A DNA stretch of 62,647 nucleotides, filler included, from Rhabdomonas costata (GCA_019059605.1; 17 parts of 17 records of this genome joined end to end with filler, not necessarily neighbours in it); one strand, 5' to 3'. Numbered from the whole stretch's first letter, positions 21,715-35,146 are shown. The notes: generated by a model not told the origin, from the sequence alone. Program-made: numbers and translations.

Positions 21715-24700
21715 GTGCGACGTGCGGCTCTTCCCCCTCTCTGCTTCCGCTCAGACTAACCCTCAAACTTCAGCAGCTGGCACGTTAGAAAGTCAACCGC
21801 TGAAGTTCTGTGGACCTCAGCGTTTACGTCGAATCATTGAGCTGCACTGATCGTGATGTACTTGTATTGTTAGGAGTGGAGGGGCATCCTCTGAGTAATT
21901 GAAAGCCGGAATGCACTGATAACCGCCCCCCCCCTGCCGAAGAGTATCTCCAGCACCGACATCGTCCACCAANNNNNNNNNNNNNNNNNNNNNNNNNNNN
22001 NNNNNNNNNNNNNNNNTTAATTAATTAANNNNNNNNNNNNNNNNNNNNNNNNNNNNNNNNNNNNNNNNNNNNTGTTTTGGGGAAGCTGGCGCTGCATCGC
22101 TGCTTTGCTGCAACAACTTGCCACTTTCCTTCACGGTGGTGCATTTTCTTGCCGTGCGCAGGAGAGATCCGACCATGGGAACGGTCGGACTTGGACAAAT
22201 TCTCTCGCTCGCGTGCGGGAGAGAGTTTTCACCGCAGTCCTGGATGCAAGGGATGCCGGCCTCCGCCAACCTCAACAGCAAAAAGCTTTGAGGCACCAGC
22301 CAACAGTGCGAGCTCGTGGGTCCCTCCCACTCAGGCTAGGCACCTACCTCACTGGAGGTCTGGAATTCGTTCATTACCAAAGTTGGTATTGATTGGCCTT
22401 CACCGCGGCTTCGCGCCCTCATGCGCTGCCGTAGCTGAAGCCTGCAGTCCCGCCGCTGTCCCTTCTCTTAGCAGCACTTAGCAACAGCCTCCTCCTGCAC
22501 AAGGGCGAAAAGAAAATGTTTTTGTCGGTGTTCTCTCTATCTTGGTATGGGACAGTTTTAAGGGCTCAGCATGTCTGCAGCCAGTGCCAGTTTCGGGGTC
22601 GCCGCAGCATGACATGAACGCAGCGTCTGGAGGCAGATGCGGCCACTGGCGGGCTGACTTTGCAGGATCTTTTGGGTCCACCCCTTTGTCCCGCGGGTGC
22701 CAACGCTTCACTCAAGGCCCCCGCCATCACCCCCACCCACCGCTCAGACACATACTACGTGCCCAGGGCATGGTTTTGGTGGTGGTCTTTCTGCCTTTAG
22801 TGGGCTGCTCCTCGAGGCTGGCTTCTGCAGCTGGCTCCTCGTGCTTCTTCTTGTCTGCTTGTCTGCTGACTTCCCACTCTTACCGTCATTCCCATCATCT
22901 GCTTGTCACCAGCGCTTCATTACTTCCGGTGGCTCAACGGCCTCTCATGTATCCTCCATTTCTGCCTGGAATCCCTAACCCAGCTTCTTCTGACCACGGG
23001 AGTGCCACCGTAGCGTAATTCCCGCGCACTCCTCGGGGGGCACCACATCTCCATCACATCCAGGTGCTTCTGGACACTGCCGTTCTGCATCTTTGCGCTG
23101 GCACGGCGTACCCATCGACGGAGGACGGGCACTCATACTTACGCAGGGGGGGAGAGAATGTGAGAGAGAAAGATCCCCTCTCAGGGCCTGGTGGAATCAG
23201 ATCGCTCTGATTACGCTGATGTTGGCTTTGACCGTAAACTTAGGTCGTATCGCTGCAGGCTGCAGACGATGAAGAGGGAGCCCGCGGAGCTGCCGTCGCC
23301 GATGCCCGCCAAAGTAATGGATGGCGTGTTCCCTCGAGCCCGCAAAACCCAACGAAGCTGGACACGCTCATACTCACTCACACTACGCACGCACACACAT
23401 ACAGTTGTGTTGCGAATTTATTGCACCGATACACCCATCATTTTTGGGCGCGCTCTGACACATCCAGTGTCTGAATATCAAACCCGTGTACCGTACAGCC
23501 TTCTGTAATGCTCCGCCGTAGTCTTCACCCCGAAGCTCCTTAACCTTCTGTTTGTGTATTGCGTGCAATTTGTTTGCTTTCGGGGCACGTTGTCCGCTTT
23601 CACAGCACCAACGTTTTCACCTGCGCGCGCACCTGAGTTGCCCGTGCTGGTGCTTTAGAAGACCACCCCCGTGCAGTCTGCAGAAGGTGCTCTGAAGGTG
23701 CTCTCTCTCTCTCGTTTGTTGTTCGTTCCTTTTTATCATGGTAATTACAGGTGGCTTTTTGCGGTTTTTGGTCGTTTTGGTATATGTAATGTGGCATAGC
23801 TCCCGCAGTGACCCTTTCTCTAACAATCCCTCCCCAGTCCCGTACAACTGAAACTTAGGTGTACCAAGGGACATTTGCATCGCTCCTCAACCCCTGCAAG
23901 ACCCTGAAATCTACTGTAATTGGAGAGAGAGAGAGAGGGGGGGGTTCTTGTTGTCCAAATTTACCCTCCACTGGAATTGTCCTCGCGAACGTCCTGCCTT
24001 TTAGAGAGAAAGAGAGAGAGAGAGAGAAAGGTTTCAATGTTAAATTTCCTTCGGGTGCCTTAATGTGAGGAATTAGCCTCCTTTACAGTCTGGATTTCGT
24101 CTAATTGTCAATTCGCACAGACTTTTCCAAGGGCCACTCGGTTGGATCTCTGGAGTTTTGTGGTTGGTGGAGGAACCTGTTTTTGAGTTTTTGCCCCTGC
24201 TTTCTCCCCGCGCGTTTGCTTCCGGACTTTCTCTGCATCCTCTCTCCCTCCCTCTCTATTCTTCCGTTCTCTCAAGTTGCCTCCCGCCCTTTTGCGTGGA
24301 GGTGCTCATAATAGAAAACTCCGCCCCCCACCACACGGCTACCCCCTGTGTTTTACCCCGGCTGAGTCGAGCCGCTTCTTGGCTCTGTATACGTTGGCTT
24401 GTAAAGGTTAGGGGGAACTTCGCGGGCATAATGAGCCTGTGTCTCATAAGAGTGCCTGAGTTTGTTTCGAGGAGCCAGGGTTCTGGAGGTCCTTTGTGGT
24501 AGGGTTACAGGCAACATGGGACAAGATAGGCGACATTACTCGCGAAATGTTCGTGGTCATGCACGAGTGTGCAGATTTTTACACGCGCAACCTTGCTCTC
24601 TCCCGGTACACAGTTCACCAATGAAACGGTTGTAGGGGTAGTCTGAACCGCTTAAAGGAAAGTCGTCTCATTCTGGAGGCGGAGACACCTCGCCCTCTCA

Positions 24701-26103
24701 TAAAACAACAACCGCCAAGGTTTAAGTTGCCCGGCACGTTGATTCTGTACCAGCAGCTTGTGACCCGGGTTCCGCTCAGGGGTGGGAGGATCGCTTTGCG
24801 TCGTGAGGGTAGCGATTTCCCGCACCATTGGTGTCCGGCTATCACATTCGTCCCAAGAGGACGGCGAGAAGGAGTGTTGTGGAGCTCATTAAAGGGGGGT
24901 GCATGGTTTCCTTTGATTTTTTTTATACTCGTTGGAGTGGGGACATCCAAAACTGAGCATGAACGTATGCAGGTGAGTGGTCTCCCCTGAACCCCCATAC
25001 GAACTGCTCTCTGGGGGTTTCCCGAACGCTATTTACCTTTTGACAGGTATTTTGGAGAAAAAACTGAAATCCTCCCAAATTCTTCCGGATTTGTTCCCCA
25101 AGCAAGCACCGGCAGAGTGTGGGTGTGACTAAACCTTTGGAGTGTTTTTGTTCACCCACAGGGGTTATTTGTGGGCTGCAAGGATGGTCGAGGGAAAAGC
25201 GCTACAGTTTTTCAATTAAATCTCTTACCTGCTGCGATCTTCAAAATTTTGTGTCAGGTATCAGCTTTGCTTGCTGGGGAACCCCGCAATCCACCCCACT
25301 TCGCGTCCTGCGGGATGTTTGGATGCTGCCCATGTTCGCTATAAGTTGTGTATACACACCAAAGCCAAAAGGGCGGATCCTTGTCCGAGGTTGAAGGCAG
25401 TGCAGCCCTTAAGATTCAGTGCCAGAGAGGCTTGGCGTCACAGGCGGCAGGGGGTGAAGGCGCGTCGAACGCCACACTTATCCTCGTTTGATAACTGGCG
25501 CTTTTGCCCGCCCACACCGCAGCCACCCGAAACCTGCCACCGAAATCGGCAGAACCGCATTTCGTGCGCCCTTCTCCTCGGGAAAAATCGCCCTGGGGGG
25601 CACGTGCATTGCCCGCTGCAAATAGAATATTGGGTTAGAAACCAAAACANNNNNNNNNNNNNNNNNNNNNNNNNNNNNNNNNNNNNNNNNNNNTTAATTA
25701 ATTAANNNNNNNNNNNNNNNNNNNNNNNNNNNNNNNNNNNNNNNNNNNNGTGGGGTTGGCAGGGAAGGCAGGGGAAGGAATATTGGTGACCGAAGGGGGC
25801 CGAAGGGGCACGCTGACGGAACTATCTAATGCTCAAAAGCGTGTGCACAAAGAACTCAAGCGAAGAAGTGAAAGAGAGCATGTTTCCGTCGGATCTGTTC
25901 TAACTGAAAAGTGACTGGCTTTCGTTGTTAGTTGTATCTTTCGCACCGGAATGCAGAGCTTGGATGTTTTGAGGCGAGAGAAATAGAAGACCAGTGCGAT
26001 ATGATCCTCCACACTTTCCAACAGAAGTAAGTGGGAGAACTTAGCCTGACAACAACAAGAAGATATGGAGACATTGGTGGATGGCGAACAATGCCGCGCA
26101 TAC

Positions 26104-28560
26104 AGGACAAGGATGCGGCCGTCTTCGCTGCCGGCGTAGATCCGCTTGCCATCGGGGGCCCACGCCACGCACCAAAGGGCAGAGCCACCGGGGAGGATCT
26201 TTCTGAGTTGGTGTTGGGTACCCACGGGAAAGTGGAGAAACCACATCGATGGCAAAAAGTACAGAAAAAAACGAACACTACAACAATGGGAAGCGGAGCG
26301 GAAGAAATCCGAGGAAGACAGCTCTCCCCTTCCAAGAAGAAGCACCTGTGGAACACCACGAAGTCGTCCTCCTCAACCTCGCCGGTAAACGGGGCGGGTG
26401 CACTTTGGCTGGTCAGCTGCAGGTAAAGGAAATGGTCCGAAAAGAGGTGCGGCGAAGAAAAGCTAATGTATCAGCTTTCCATACCTTAGCGTACTCTGCA
26501 GTTCAGAGGTTGGAACCCTTCTGCTCTAAATTCGTGATTTGTACTTCGATAACCCGAGTGCCTGCAGATTTTTCACATGGGTTCTCTTTAAGGAGGGAAA
26601 CGGCCTTATGGGTGGAAAAACAAAGAAAACAAAAGAAAAAACAAAGCCCTCCGGCGCAAGAACAGGACCACCCAGGAGCTCTGGAAGAAAGGCCCAACGA
26701 TAAGAGGAAAAACCATACCAAAAGTTTGGAACCCGATGCACAACACTGCAGACCCAGTTTCCGATTCAAGTTAGGAGTCCGCTTCAGTTTGGACCGGGTG
26801 GAGGTTCGAGAGAATAGCAACCACGTGAAACAGCAAAGAACAAAACAGGGTGCAAGCAGTCGCGTCTGCTTGAGTCGTGTCAAACAGTGCACCCTCGTTT
26901 GGGTTCCAGCGGTTGGGTGCAGTTCCAACATACCTCCGAAGCTTCTGTGTCAGTGCAGCTACTCGAGGGTAAAGCCTCCACACTGGGGGCTTCCACATCA
27001 AAATCAATCGAGGCATTGACCTGTGTAAATGCACAGTGTTGTGGGTGCATAATGTGAGTACGTGTGTACGTTTGCTGAGCGTTTATCGCACTGACTGCTG
27101 TGCGTGTGGCTTGACGAATCAAACTATAATTACTGGAGATGCTGTGTAATAGTTAGATTCAGTGCTACTCTATCCCGCTCCATTTTCAGTCGACCTCAGT
27201 CCACAGAGCAAGAAAACAACCAGACATCCTGTAAAGTTCGAATTGACGAGAGAGAAAAAACACAAACTGAGGGCGGATACTTTGACAGCAGGTTTTGCGG
27301 GGCGGGCGGCATGCGGCTCAACCTCCTCGTCAGAGATCACCTGTCCACCACCACACCACACACACACACACGGACACACACACACCAACAGGCGTCAAGC
27401 AATGACCCACAACTTAGAAATAAAATATACAAAAAATCACTTTGGGGTTGTTAGAAGCCCATGAAACAAGTTCATGGTTCATCACCGGGCGCGGCGAGCA
27501 TGGGGCAACCGAGCTGAGAAATGGGAAGACTCGGACCTACATTTCCCGCCCCTCCATTCTTGCAGGTGGGCGCTTTAGAGATCTTCCTCCACTTCAGAAC
27601 CCAGGGACATTGGTGCGTCCCAGGATTCGTTAGACCCTTAAGCAAAATTTCGGAGGCTCCGCGCAATGTCACAAGCATCTCTTCTCTCTTCTGCATATGA
27701 ATCCCTCATCAACTATCAGTCTATCGCCCCGCATTGACTTGGTGGATTCTTTATCCCTTCATTGCCATGGAAGGGCGCCCTTTTACCAGCGTCTTTTTCT
27801 CAACTCATGTCATTGTTGTTTTGACTCCCTCCTTCTCCCAGGAACCTTGGATACACACACAGCGACAAACAGACAAACAGACACACCTCTGGGGCAAGGT
27901 TTTTTCTGGGCACCTGCGGATGAGACCGTGCCGCCTGGCGAGGGCTCCGGGACAGCGCCGCGTCGGCCAGGGTGTCAGCCTCCGCCACGGCCTGGGTCTG
28001 GGTCTGCTGCTGTGCAGGCTGCAACGGCTGAGAGGAGTCCTCGTCAACCCTTGCCCTCTTGTGCTGGAACGGACAACAAGCAAGCAAGCAAAACCACCGC
28101 AAAATATAGCAGCAGATGTGGCACGGCAGCATAAACAAAAACCCCGACCTCAAGGAATTGCCTGATCCAAACCCCATTGGTGGCATCCTTTCCTCTCCTC
28201 TTTCCGCCATAAAAAGATTGGAGTCATCAGACTGTCTCAAATTGTGGCCAGAAAGAAAACTGAGCTCCTCATGGATATCGCGAACGCTATCCAACTATTG
28301 AAGAAGAGCAATCGGGGCAACACGTTGATTTGCTATCCCATAAGAAGCACTGGCCATAATCGGAAACATTGCCTGGCAATCCGAAGCTGAAGAAAAGAGA
28401 GAGTTGTGTGTGCATGTGTGTGCATGGGTAGGTACGGGTTGAGGATGCTCACCATATTCAGCCGCACAAGGATGGGCAACCCAGCCGCAATCTGGGCCGC
28501 AGAATCTTGCTGAGGGTCCACCTCCATCTCCATTCCCCTCATTCCACCAGGCTGAGTGCC
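26104..28560 (-). CDS. WD40-repeat protein, partial (exons 28453-28560, 27914-28063, 26346-26416, 26104-26202)
   Basis: Low-complexity N-terminal exons followed by HRKILPGGSALWCVAWAPDGKRIYAGSEDGRILV (one WD40 blade). The AG/GT boundaries are in phase. Confidence 0.6.
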
Positions 28561-29288
28561 CTGCGATCCCCAACGACACACACACACACACAAGATAATT
28601 CGTCACCCTATCCTCAACCTCGCCTCGCAAGCGCATTTAATCGACGGGCAAATGCCATTGAAACGACATATCTGCCCCACGCGGACACGAATAATGGTCC
28701 CCTCTAACTTAGGGTAGTTCGCGGCTCACCGAGCAAACGTCAAACACAGCACAAGGCAGTGGTGCAGCAGAGCATTTCGGATGCAGAACCGGGACTCGAA
28801 CGAGCAATACCGAAGTTGCCGTATTGTGTTTGTTTTGGCTTCAAGTGGACGTCATCATCCCAAGGAGCACGAGTGATTATTTCAAAACACGCAAAGCATG
28901 CCATCGGAGATCCCCATCCCATCCCTGAGATGCCAGTAGCCATGCCCACAGGGGCAAAAGAGAGCCAAGAAAAATCAAACCAAAGTCCGAAGTAAGAAGC
29001 AAAACAGATTTTGTCTTGGGCGAGGCTGGACTCGCGAAAGAAGAATTCAAAATTGGTTTACTTCAGGAAATAAAAATCCAGTCTGAATTTCTCGGGTACC
29101 CGTTGGAGAAGATGCCCGCCGGCCAAGGTTCACAATGAGTCCAGTTCAACAAAACAAGCTAACTCCTAACCACTTCACGGGGCTAACAAGAATATATGGC
29201 AGCACTATGTTATCCCGCCCCAATTTGGATTCCATTAGAAGAAGGGTGGGGGTTAGGTTGCGATGCACGTTCTCAGATTTGTCATGGG

Positions 29289-29378
29289 TTAGGGTTAGGG
29301 TTAGGGTTAGGGTTAGGGTTAGGGTTAGGGTTAGGGTTAGGGTTAGGGTTAGGGTTAGGGTTAGGGTTAGGGTTAGGG
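29289..29378 (+). repeat. Telomere-type repeat (TTAGGG)15, with non-repeat sequence on both sides
   Basis: 15 perfect TTAGGG units followed by TAGGG and then unique sequence. Confidence 0.95.
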
Positions 29379-29439
29379 TAGGGACAAATATTAAGGAATT
29401 CCAGTGGCGGCGGAACTTGTCTGCACACTCTGATACTTT

Positions 29440-29593
29440 TTTGGTTTTGCTGTGCTTTGTGCGGGTTTGTCGAATGTTTTTTATGCGAAGCAGTAGGACG
29501 CCCTCCAATTACACAACAGTGGGATTGGAGGGCGTCCTACTGCTTCGCATAAAAAACATTCGACAAACCCGCACAAAGCACAGCAAAACCAAA
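29440..29593. repeat. Terminal fold-back inverted repeat (70-bp arms), probable amplification artefact
   Basis: 29440-29509 is the reverse complement of 29524-29593, which ends exactly at the contig end. Confidence 0.9.
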
Positions 29594-29718
29594 NNNNNNN
29601 NNNNNNNNNNNNNNNNNNNNNNNNNNNNNNNNNNNNNTTAATTAATTAANNNNNNNNNNNNNNNNNNNNNNNNNNNNNNNNNNNNNNNNNNNNGGATTGG
29701 GGGGGGGGGTCCCCACAG

Positions 29719-32700
29719 CCTCCCTGTGCAACATCTCCCTGGTCGGGTTCAGTCTTGTCTGGATCGATGGCGACTACGACGTCATGGGGTGGTACGAGGG
29801 CCACCCACAGTACCAGCAACACAGGGGGTCGGCTGTGGTGCACTGCGACCCGGCCTTGGGTTGGAGGGCCACGGCGTCGCTCAATGTCCCGAACTATGCA
29901 TACGCCTTCAATGCTGAGGACGTCACCACGCCTGAGCTTCTGACGGAGCCCTGGACCAGCTGTCTGCCGTCTGAGGAGTGCTCTGTGAACCCCACTGCAC
30001 GAGCAGTGTGTCAGGGTATGCCAAGGTCGCCGCCCCCTTTCCCAAGTGGAGTACTCATCATTTCCTGTACTCTTTCTTTCATGTTCTTTGGAACCTTTCG
30101 TAGGACTGACTGCCCGTTTCACGCGTCCGTGAAATTCGAAAAACTGATACAAAAATGCATCGCATGTAGTACACCCGTCCGTATTTAACGCTTAATGTAT
30201 TGAAAAAGTCATTGGTTAACCAAAAAACTCGTGTAGTGGTTGGGTGGGTGGTCAGAGGCCCTTGTGCGGCAGCGGTTAGGTGGGTTCCTTGCATATTTTT
30301 GGTTAGGAATTGTGTGTTTGCTCTTTAGGGAAGTCCTTTTTTGAAAAAATTTGAACGTGACTGTGCGTCGAATTCCAAGAATGCTTGCTCTACAGCTTCT
30401 TTCTAGAAGCTTTGCTATATATGCAAATATCAGGATCTTCGAAGAAGCTGTGACGGCATGTGTGGCTATGGATTGTTGTGGCGCATGAAGTGGCATCGTC
30501 AGATGCAAAAAGAAGGACATTGCCCCTTGAAAATACCTCTTGATGTAATCCCGCCAGCAAAGCGACGCAACTAAATTGTCGAGCTTTTCCCGGAAGGTGG
30601 TTCTCCATATTCTCTCTGCACTGAATCGTTCTTGCTTTGCAACGCCTTACCCTCATCTTTGAGGGATGAGTCTTTCCTTGAGTTGAGCATACCACTCAAA
30701 GGGGTGTGCCACATCCGCATCTGTGCACGCGTGGTCCTGCGCACGCCCAAGTCCTGAATAAGCAGTGCGCTGAGCAGCCCTCGGGCCATGGGCACTGTGC
30801 CAAAGTGGTAAGTTAAGAGAGAGAGAGCACCCATGATGGCGGAATTCGCCGCATGTTTATAGGATACCAGTGCGTTCGAGAGAGAGAGAGAGAGAGAGTG
30901 AGTGAGAGCGGACATCAAGCATAAAACACACAGATTGCCCTAATGGCGCCCAGTCGTTAGAGTAGTGCCCAGCGGAATTCAGAGCGAGACACACGCCGTG
31001 CGCCACCCCCGATGAATGACGGCCGACGCCTGAAATGCGCGGGGTAGACGAGTGACGAGCAGAGCAGAGAGAGCCCCACAAGGGGGAAGATGGGAAGGAA
31101 AGCGGCGACCCGGAATGGGCAGTGGAGAACAGGGAGGGAGGTGACCACGGCGACCAGCCCAAAGCAGGTGGGAAAGAGTGCTCGGGAGCTCATTATGGGG
31201 AAAGAGAACCGCGAGTCTTTCCCAGAAAAGAGTCACCCTGGCCAAGTGCACGAAGTGTGCATGCTTGTAAGACATTTAACTCCCCCGATGGATGCCACTC
31301 CATCCCACCACACAAAATCAGTATGTGAGGGTCTCTGCATTGACATAATGCAATGATATTGGGTTGCTGCTTGGGTCCCCTAGCCCAACCTCTCATTTTG
31401 CACTATCTGCCCATTCTTCAGTAACGTACAGGAAACTGAATGGATTTTGGTGGAAGTGCAGATTAATTTTTCAGCCATTTGCACAAAGAGGAAAAATTGC
31501 CAGACCTAGATCACAAAGACACGTCTTCTCGTTTCAAAATTGCGCAGATTTTGGTCTGCATGGATGGATTTATGGTCTCCTGCGAAATTCGTCGGCTGGA
31601 CCTCTTTCTCGGAAACGCTCGTGTCTTTGTTCCATTTACAGGTCAGCTGTGCAAGTTTTTCGAGGGATGCGCCCTGCCCGATAACGTCCGGAACCACACC
31701 AAAGTTTGTGCGCAGAACCCCTGCTCGGAGATGGACGACTGCTGCATTCCTGTTATGCTTTTTATTTCCTGGGGCAAGCCATCCGACGTTTCTGACTCTG
31801 TGTAAGTTGTCACTGATTGAAAACTTGCAGCCTTTTCTGAAGTTCGCTTTCATTGGCTCCTGGATATCCTCAGTTTCAGGGCCCGCTCTGTATTGTCTCT
31901 CCCTCCACTGATGCGCCTGTAAGAGCCATATTTTGACCTGGGGACAGTTCGCGGTTGTATATGTTTGTGCGATGAAAAGAGGTAGAAGAAACGTGCAGGG
32001 GTGAAGGAGACCGTGGGTCGTTGAAAACCTAGGGCATTCTGTACTACCTTCCACAACACCTCTTCTCTCCCCACCTCTCACGCCCTCAGCCAGCGGTTGA
32101 GCGTCCTCGGAAGCCCCTACGCTCTCTTCGCTCGCTCTGGAGAATTTTGCCTGTTTTCTGTTGTTGGATCGCTTGCTGTTGCGCGAGGGTTCTTCACTGT
32201 CATCCTCTTCAGTATGCAACATCACCGTCGCCGGGCGGTTGGGGTTCCCTGACATCATAAACGGCAAGTACACCGTCCTGCCTCAGCCATGTAGCTCCCG
32301 GCCATGCTACCGGCACACCCGGGCCGAGCTGTTCCTGTTCTTTTCCGCCTCACTTGGTGGCTGGTTCATTGCGGGTGCCCTGAACCACCCCGATGCCGTG
32401 GTGTATGCGGTGAACTACCAAAGCACGCCCAGCCCCAATCTGCTGACGCAGCCATGGCAAGTGGTGAGCGGGCAGGGTCAGCAGTTCACCGCAGACTATC
32501 TGGTTCAAGCCCGCTGTTCTGGTAAGTCCCGGAGGAGAGGAGGTTGGAGAGAGCTTAGGAATGCGCTGACATTTCCCTGGGGTGTGAATACCAAACCCCA
32601 GGGACTGCTCTTGGGACACGCTGGTACCTCGTTTTGGTTGTGTCGTGGCTGTTGTGTTCCACCTCACGCAATTTGAGATAGGCCCGGTGTCCCTCAAGCC

Positions 32701-33270
32701 CCCTGGCTGTGGTGTCATGGCTCGGGCGTGGGGGGGGGGGTGATTACCAATAATTTTTACCAATATGATGATTTGGGCCTCATCCAAGGGAGAAAATGAA
32801 GGCGAGTGAAGGCGACTCACATGTGCGGGGTTGAGGGTGTCGTCTCGGCTTTGGCTGAGCCCCCTCAGCAATTTTTCTGGGAATGATCACTGCCCGTTCC
32901 AGTCTCGCAACAGTTTGCGAAAACGGTTTTTCACACAGACCTCACTCGCGATGCCCTGCTGCGGTTCCTGGACACCCTGGATGGGTGCGACAGTGCCCTC
33001 TCCCCGACCTGGATGGCCCCCGGCCCGGGCCCTTGCCGAGGCCAGAACTGGCGGGGAGTATCCTGCGACCAGGAACGTGTGACCGCAATCTCGCTATGGA
33101 AGTTGCAGTGCACGGGCACGCTGGACGTTTCCGCCTTGAGCGAATTACCACTGAAGGAGCTCGACCTGAGCTACAACCAGTTCTACAGAATCCGGAACCT
33201 CTCTGTGCTGCCCAGAACGCTGACATTGCTGAATATGAGAGGAAACTCGCATCTTTCGGGCACCCAAACC
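29719..33270 (+). CDS. Extracellular multidomain protein: two copies of an unnamed ~100-aa Trp/Tyr-rich domain, a Cys-rich exon, and a plant-RLK/GP46-like LRRNT+LRR region; partial. Exons 29719-30015, 31642-~31751, 32213-32521, 32939-33270
   Basis: CNISLVG...DGDY...HPQY...LGW...YAFN...PELLTEPW and CNITVAG...NGKY...RPCY...LGGW...YAVN...PNLLTQPW. Then RDALLRF...W...PCRGQNWRGVSCDQERVTAISLWKLQCTGTLD...LKELDLSYNQF...LTLLNMRGN. The junction after the Cys-rich exon is not resolved. Confidence 0.75.
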
Positions 33271-33930
33271 NNNNNNNNNNNNNNNNNNNNNNNNNNNNNN
33301 NNNNNNNNNNNNNNTTAATTAATTAANNNNNNNNNNNNNNNNNNNNNNNNNNNNNNNNNNNNNNNNNNNNTTTTGGTGACGTAAATTCTCCAATTTCCAT
33401 TTCTCTCTGAAAAGGGACTTGGTTCTTAAAACCTTACTTAAGTTTAGCGCGTGTTTTGATTTGAAACATATGCGGGCTTGTCTTTTTCTAGGAGTTTTCG
33501 TGAGCAAATAATTGGTGCATCGTGAGGCAGCGAGGTGAGGGGAGGCGAAAATGGATGTGGACTCAGAATTGGCGCTGAACTTTGGCAGACGCGTCAGAAA
33601 CGCAAGTGCGTTTCTGAGAGTGGATCCAGATCCTGGGCCGAAATCAATGGTGGAAGGGTGTTGAAAGGTTGATCTCATTGTCAGTGGTGACTGTATGCTT
33701 GGGGCCCAGCCAGCAGTTAACGAACATATCCGGAATATCTGAGAGAGGCTCAAGAACAGTACCGCTTCGCATTATTAGGTTTCTGGGTTCCTTTTTCTGG
33801 GTGCAGGCTGTCCTGTTATTCGTTGTTCCAAACCACAGTGCTTTGCTCCAGGCGCCTTCCTTCTTTTCCGGAACTAACCCTCCCCCCACCCTCTCTCTCT
33901 CTCTCTCTTTCCGGGCTCGGAGCTCAAGGT

Positions 33931-35146
33931 ATGGCTTCGAGTGCCAAGCGGCGCCTCATTCGGGATTTCAAGCAGCTCAAGAAAGATCCCCCTCAAGGAG
34001 TTGCAGGTGACGTTTTTTCGGCAGTGCATATGTGTGGGGTCGGATGCTACGTGCCCTAAATGCCACGCGTATCCTTCCAAAATGTTGTCTGCGTCGCTTC
34101 AAAAGTCACAGCCAAAAATGTGCTATTCAGTCAAAGTAAAATCTCAATCGTTGTGTTGGCTTCAGAAGGGACACATATAGTTAAGTTTGCAGTGCTCACA
34201 CCCGCTCTCTCGTCTGCTTTTCAGGTGCGCCAGTCAGCGAGACAGACATCCTGACCTGGAACGCAGTAATTTTCGGCCCCGAGGAGACCTGCTGGGAGGG
34301 AGGCACCTTCCAGCTCCGGATGACCTTCTCCGAGGAGTACCCCAACAAGCCCCCCAAGGTGGTCTTCCTAACGAAGATGTTCCACCCAGCATTTACAACG
34401 ATGGCTCGATCTGCCTGGACATCTTGCAGAACCAGTGGTGCGTGTGATGTGTGCGTGTGTTACGTCCCCCAGCCTCTCCCGTCCTCCCTGAAAAGGAGAG
34501 GGTTTTGTCCGCGCACGGGCTGAGGGGGCGAGTCAGATTTTCCTGCACCGCGCATGAACAGTGAGGTTTCGTGCTGCTTGCATCGTCATGCCCTCACTCT
34601 CCTTTTTTCAATGTTTATCTCTTCGCTGCGATTGTTTGCGCAACAGAAACGGGACTTGTTTCCCTAACAGGTTGTCGCGACCTGTCGGAATTTTGCTTTG
34701 TGCTTTCTTTTTGATGACCTTTCGTCCTCTCGTAATCTGAAAGATGTGGGCTTTACCTGCGACGTTGAGAGACAGATAAAAGGAAAATAGTGGAAAGTAT
34801 AAAAGGGCAAAAAGTATTCTCTGCTGCAGCGGCTTTATCCTAAAGGTTATGTCTGGGGAAACTCGAAACGCTTTGCATGTTTGCATTAACTTTGTTAAAA
34901 AAAAAGTGGTGATGTCTTGGTGGTACGGGTTGTTTGCGGGTTCTGGCCATTTTTAGGTCTCCCATCTACGACGTCTCCGCCATTCTGACCTCCATTCAGT
35001 CCCTTTTGACGGACCCCAACCCCAATTCCCCGGCCAACTCGGAGGCCGCACGGCTGTACCGGGATGACCGGCGGATGTACGAGCGGAGGGTCCGGGAGAT
35101 GGTCGAGAAGAGTCTCGAGGATGACCAGGAGCCCGCACCCTCATAA
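33931..35146 (+). CDS. RAD6: Ubiquitin-conjugating enzyme E2, RAD6/UBC2 (exons 33931-34006, 34225-34437, 34957-35146); apparent frameshift at ~34388
   Basis: [28 protein letters not shown]...[18 protein letters not shown]...[64 protein letters not shown]. Confidence 0.95.

Noticed and set aside
25195..25220. aaagcgctacagttt resembling part of a euglenozoan spliced-leader sequence
   Set aside because: The match is too short and there is no following splice donor or Sm site. No tRNA, rRNA or snRNA gene was recognised anywhere in the window.
22073..25649. Possible exons on contig 7 (and on 55409-58974 and 2100-3400)
   Set aside because: Some blocks look coding, but I recognised no family and could not build a reliable exon chain.
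29440..29593. Long inverted repeats as MITEs, terminators or structured RNAs
   Set aside because: All such hairpins end at contig termini, which is typical of fold-back chimeras.
29135..29641. ORFs with VRVRVR, LTLTLT or GLGLGL repeats
   Set aside because: These are translations of the TTAGGG array and the terminal hairpin.
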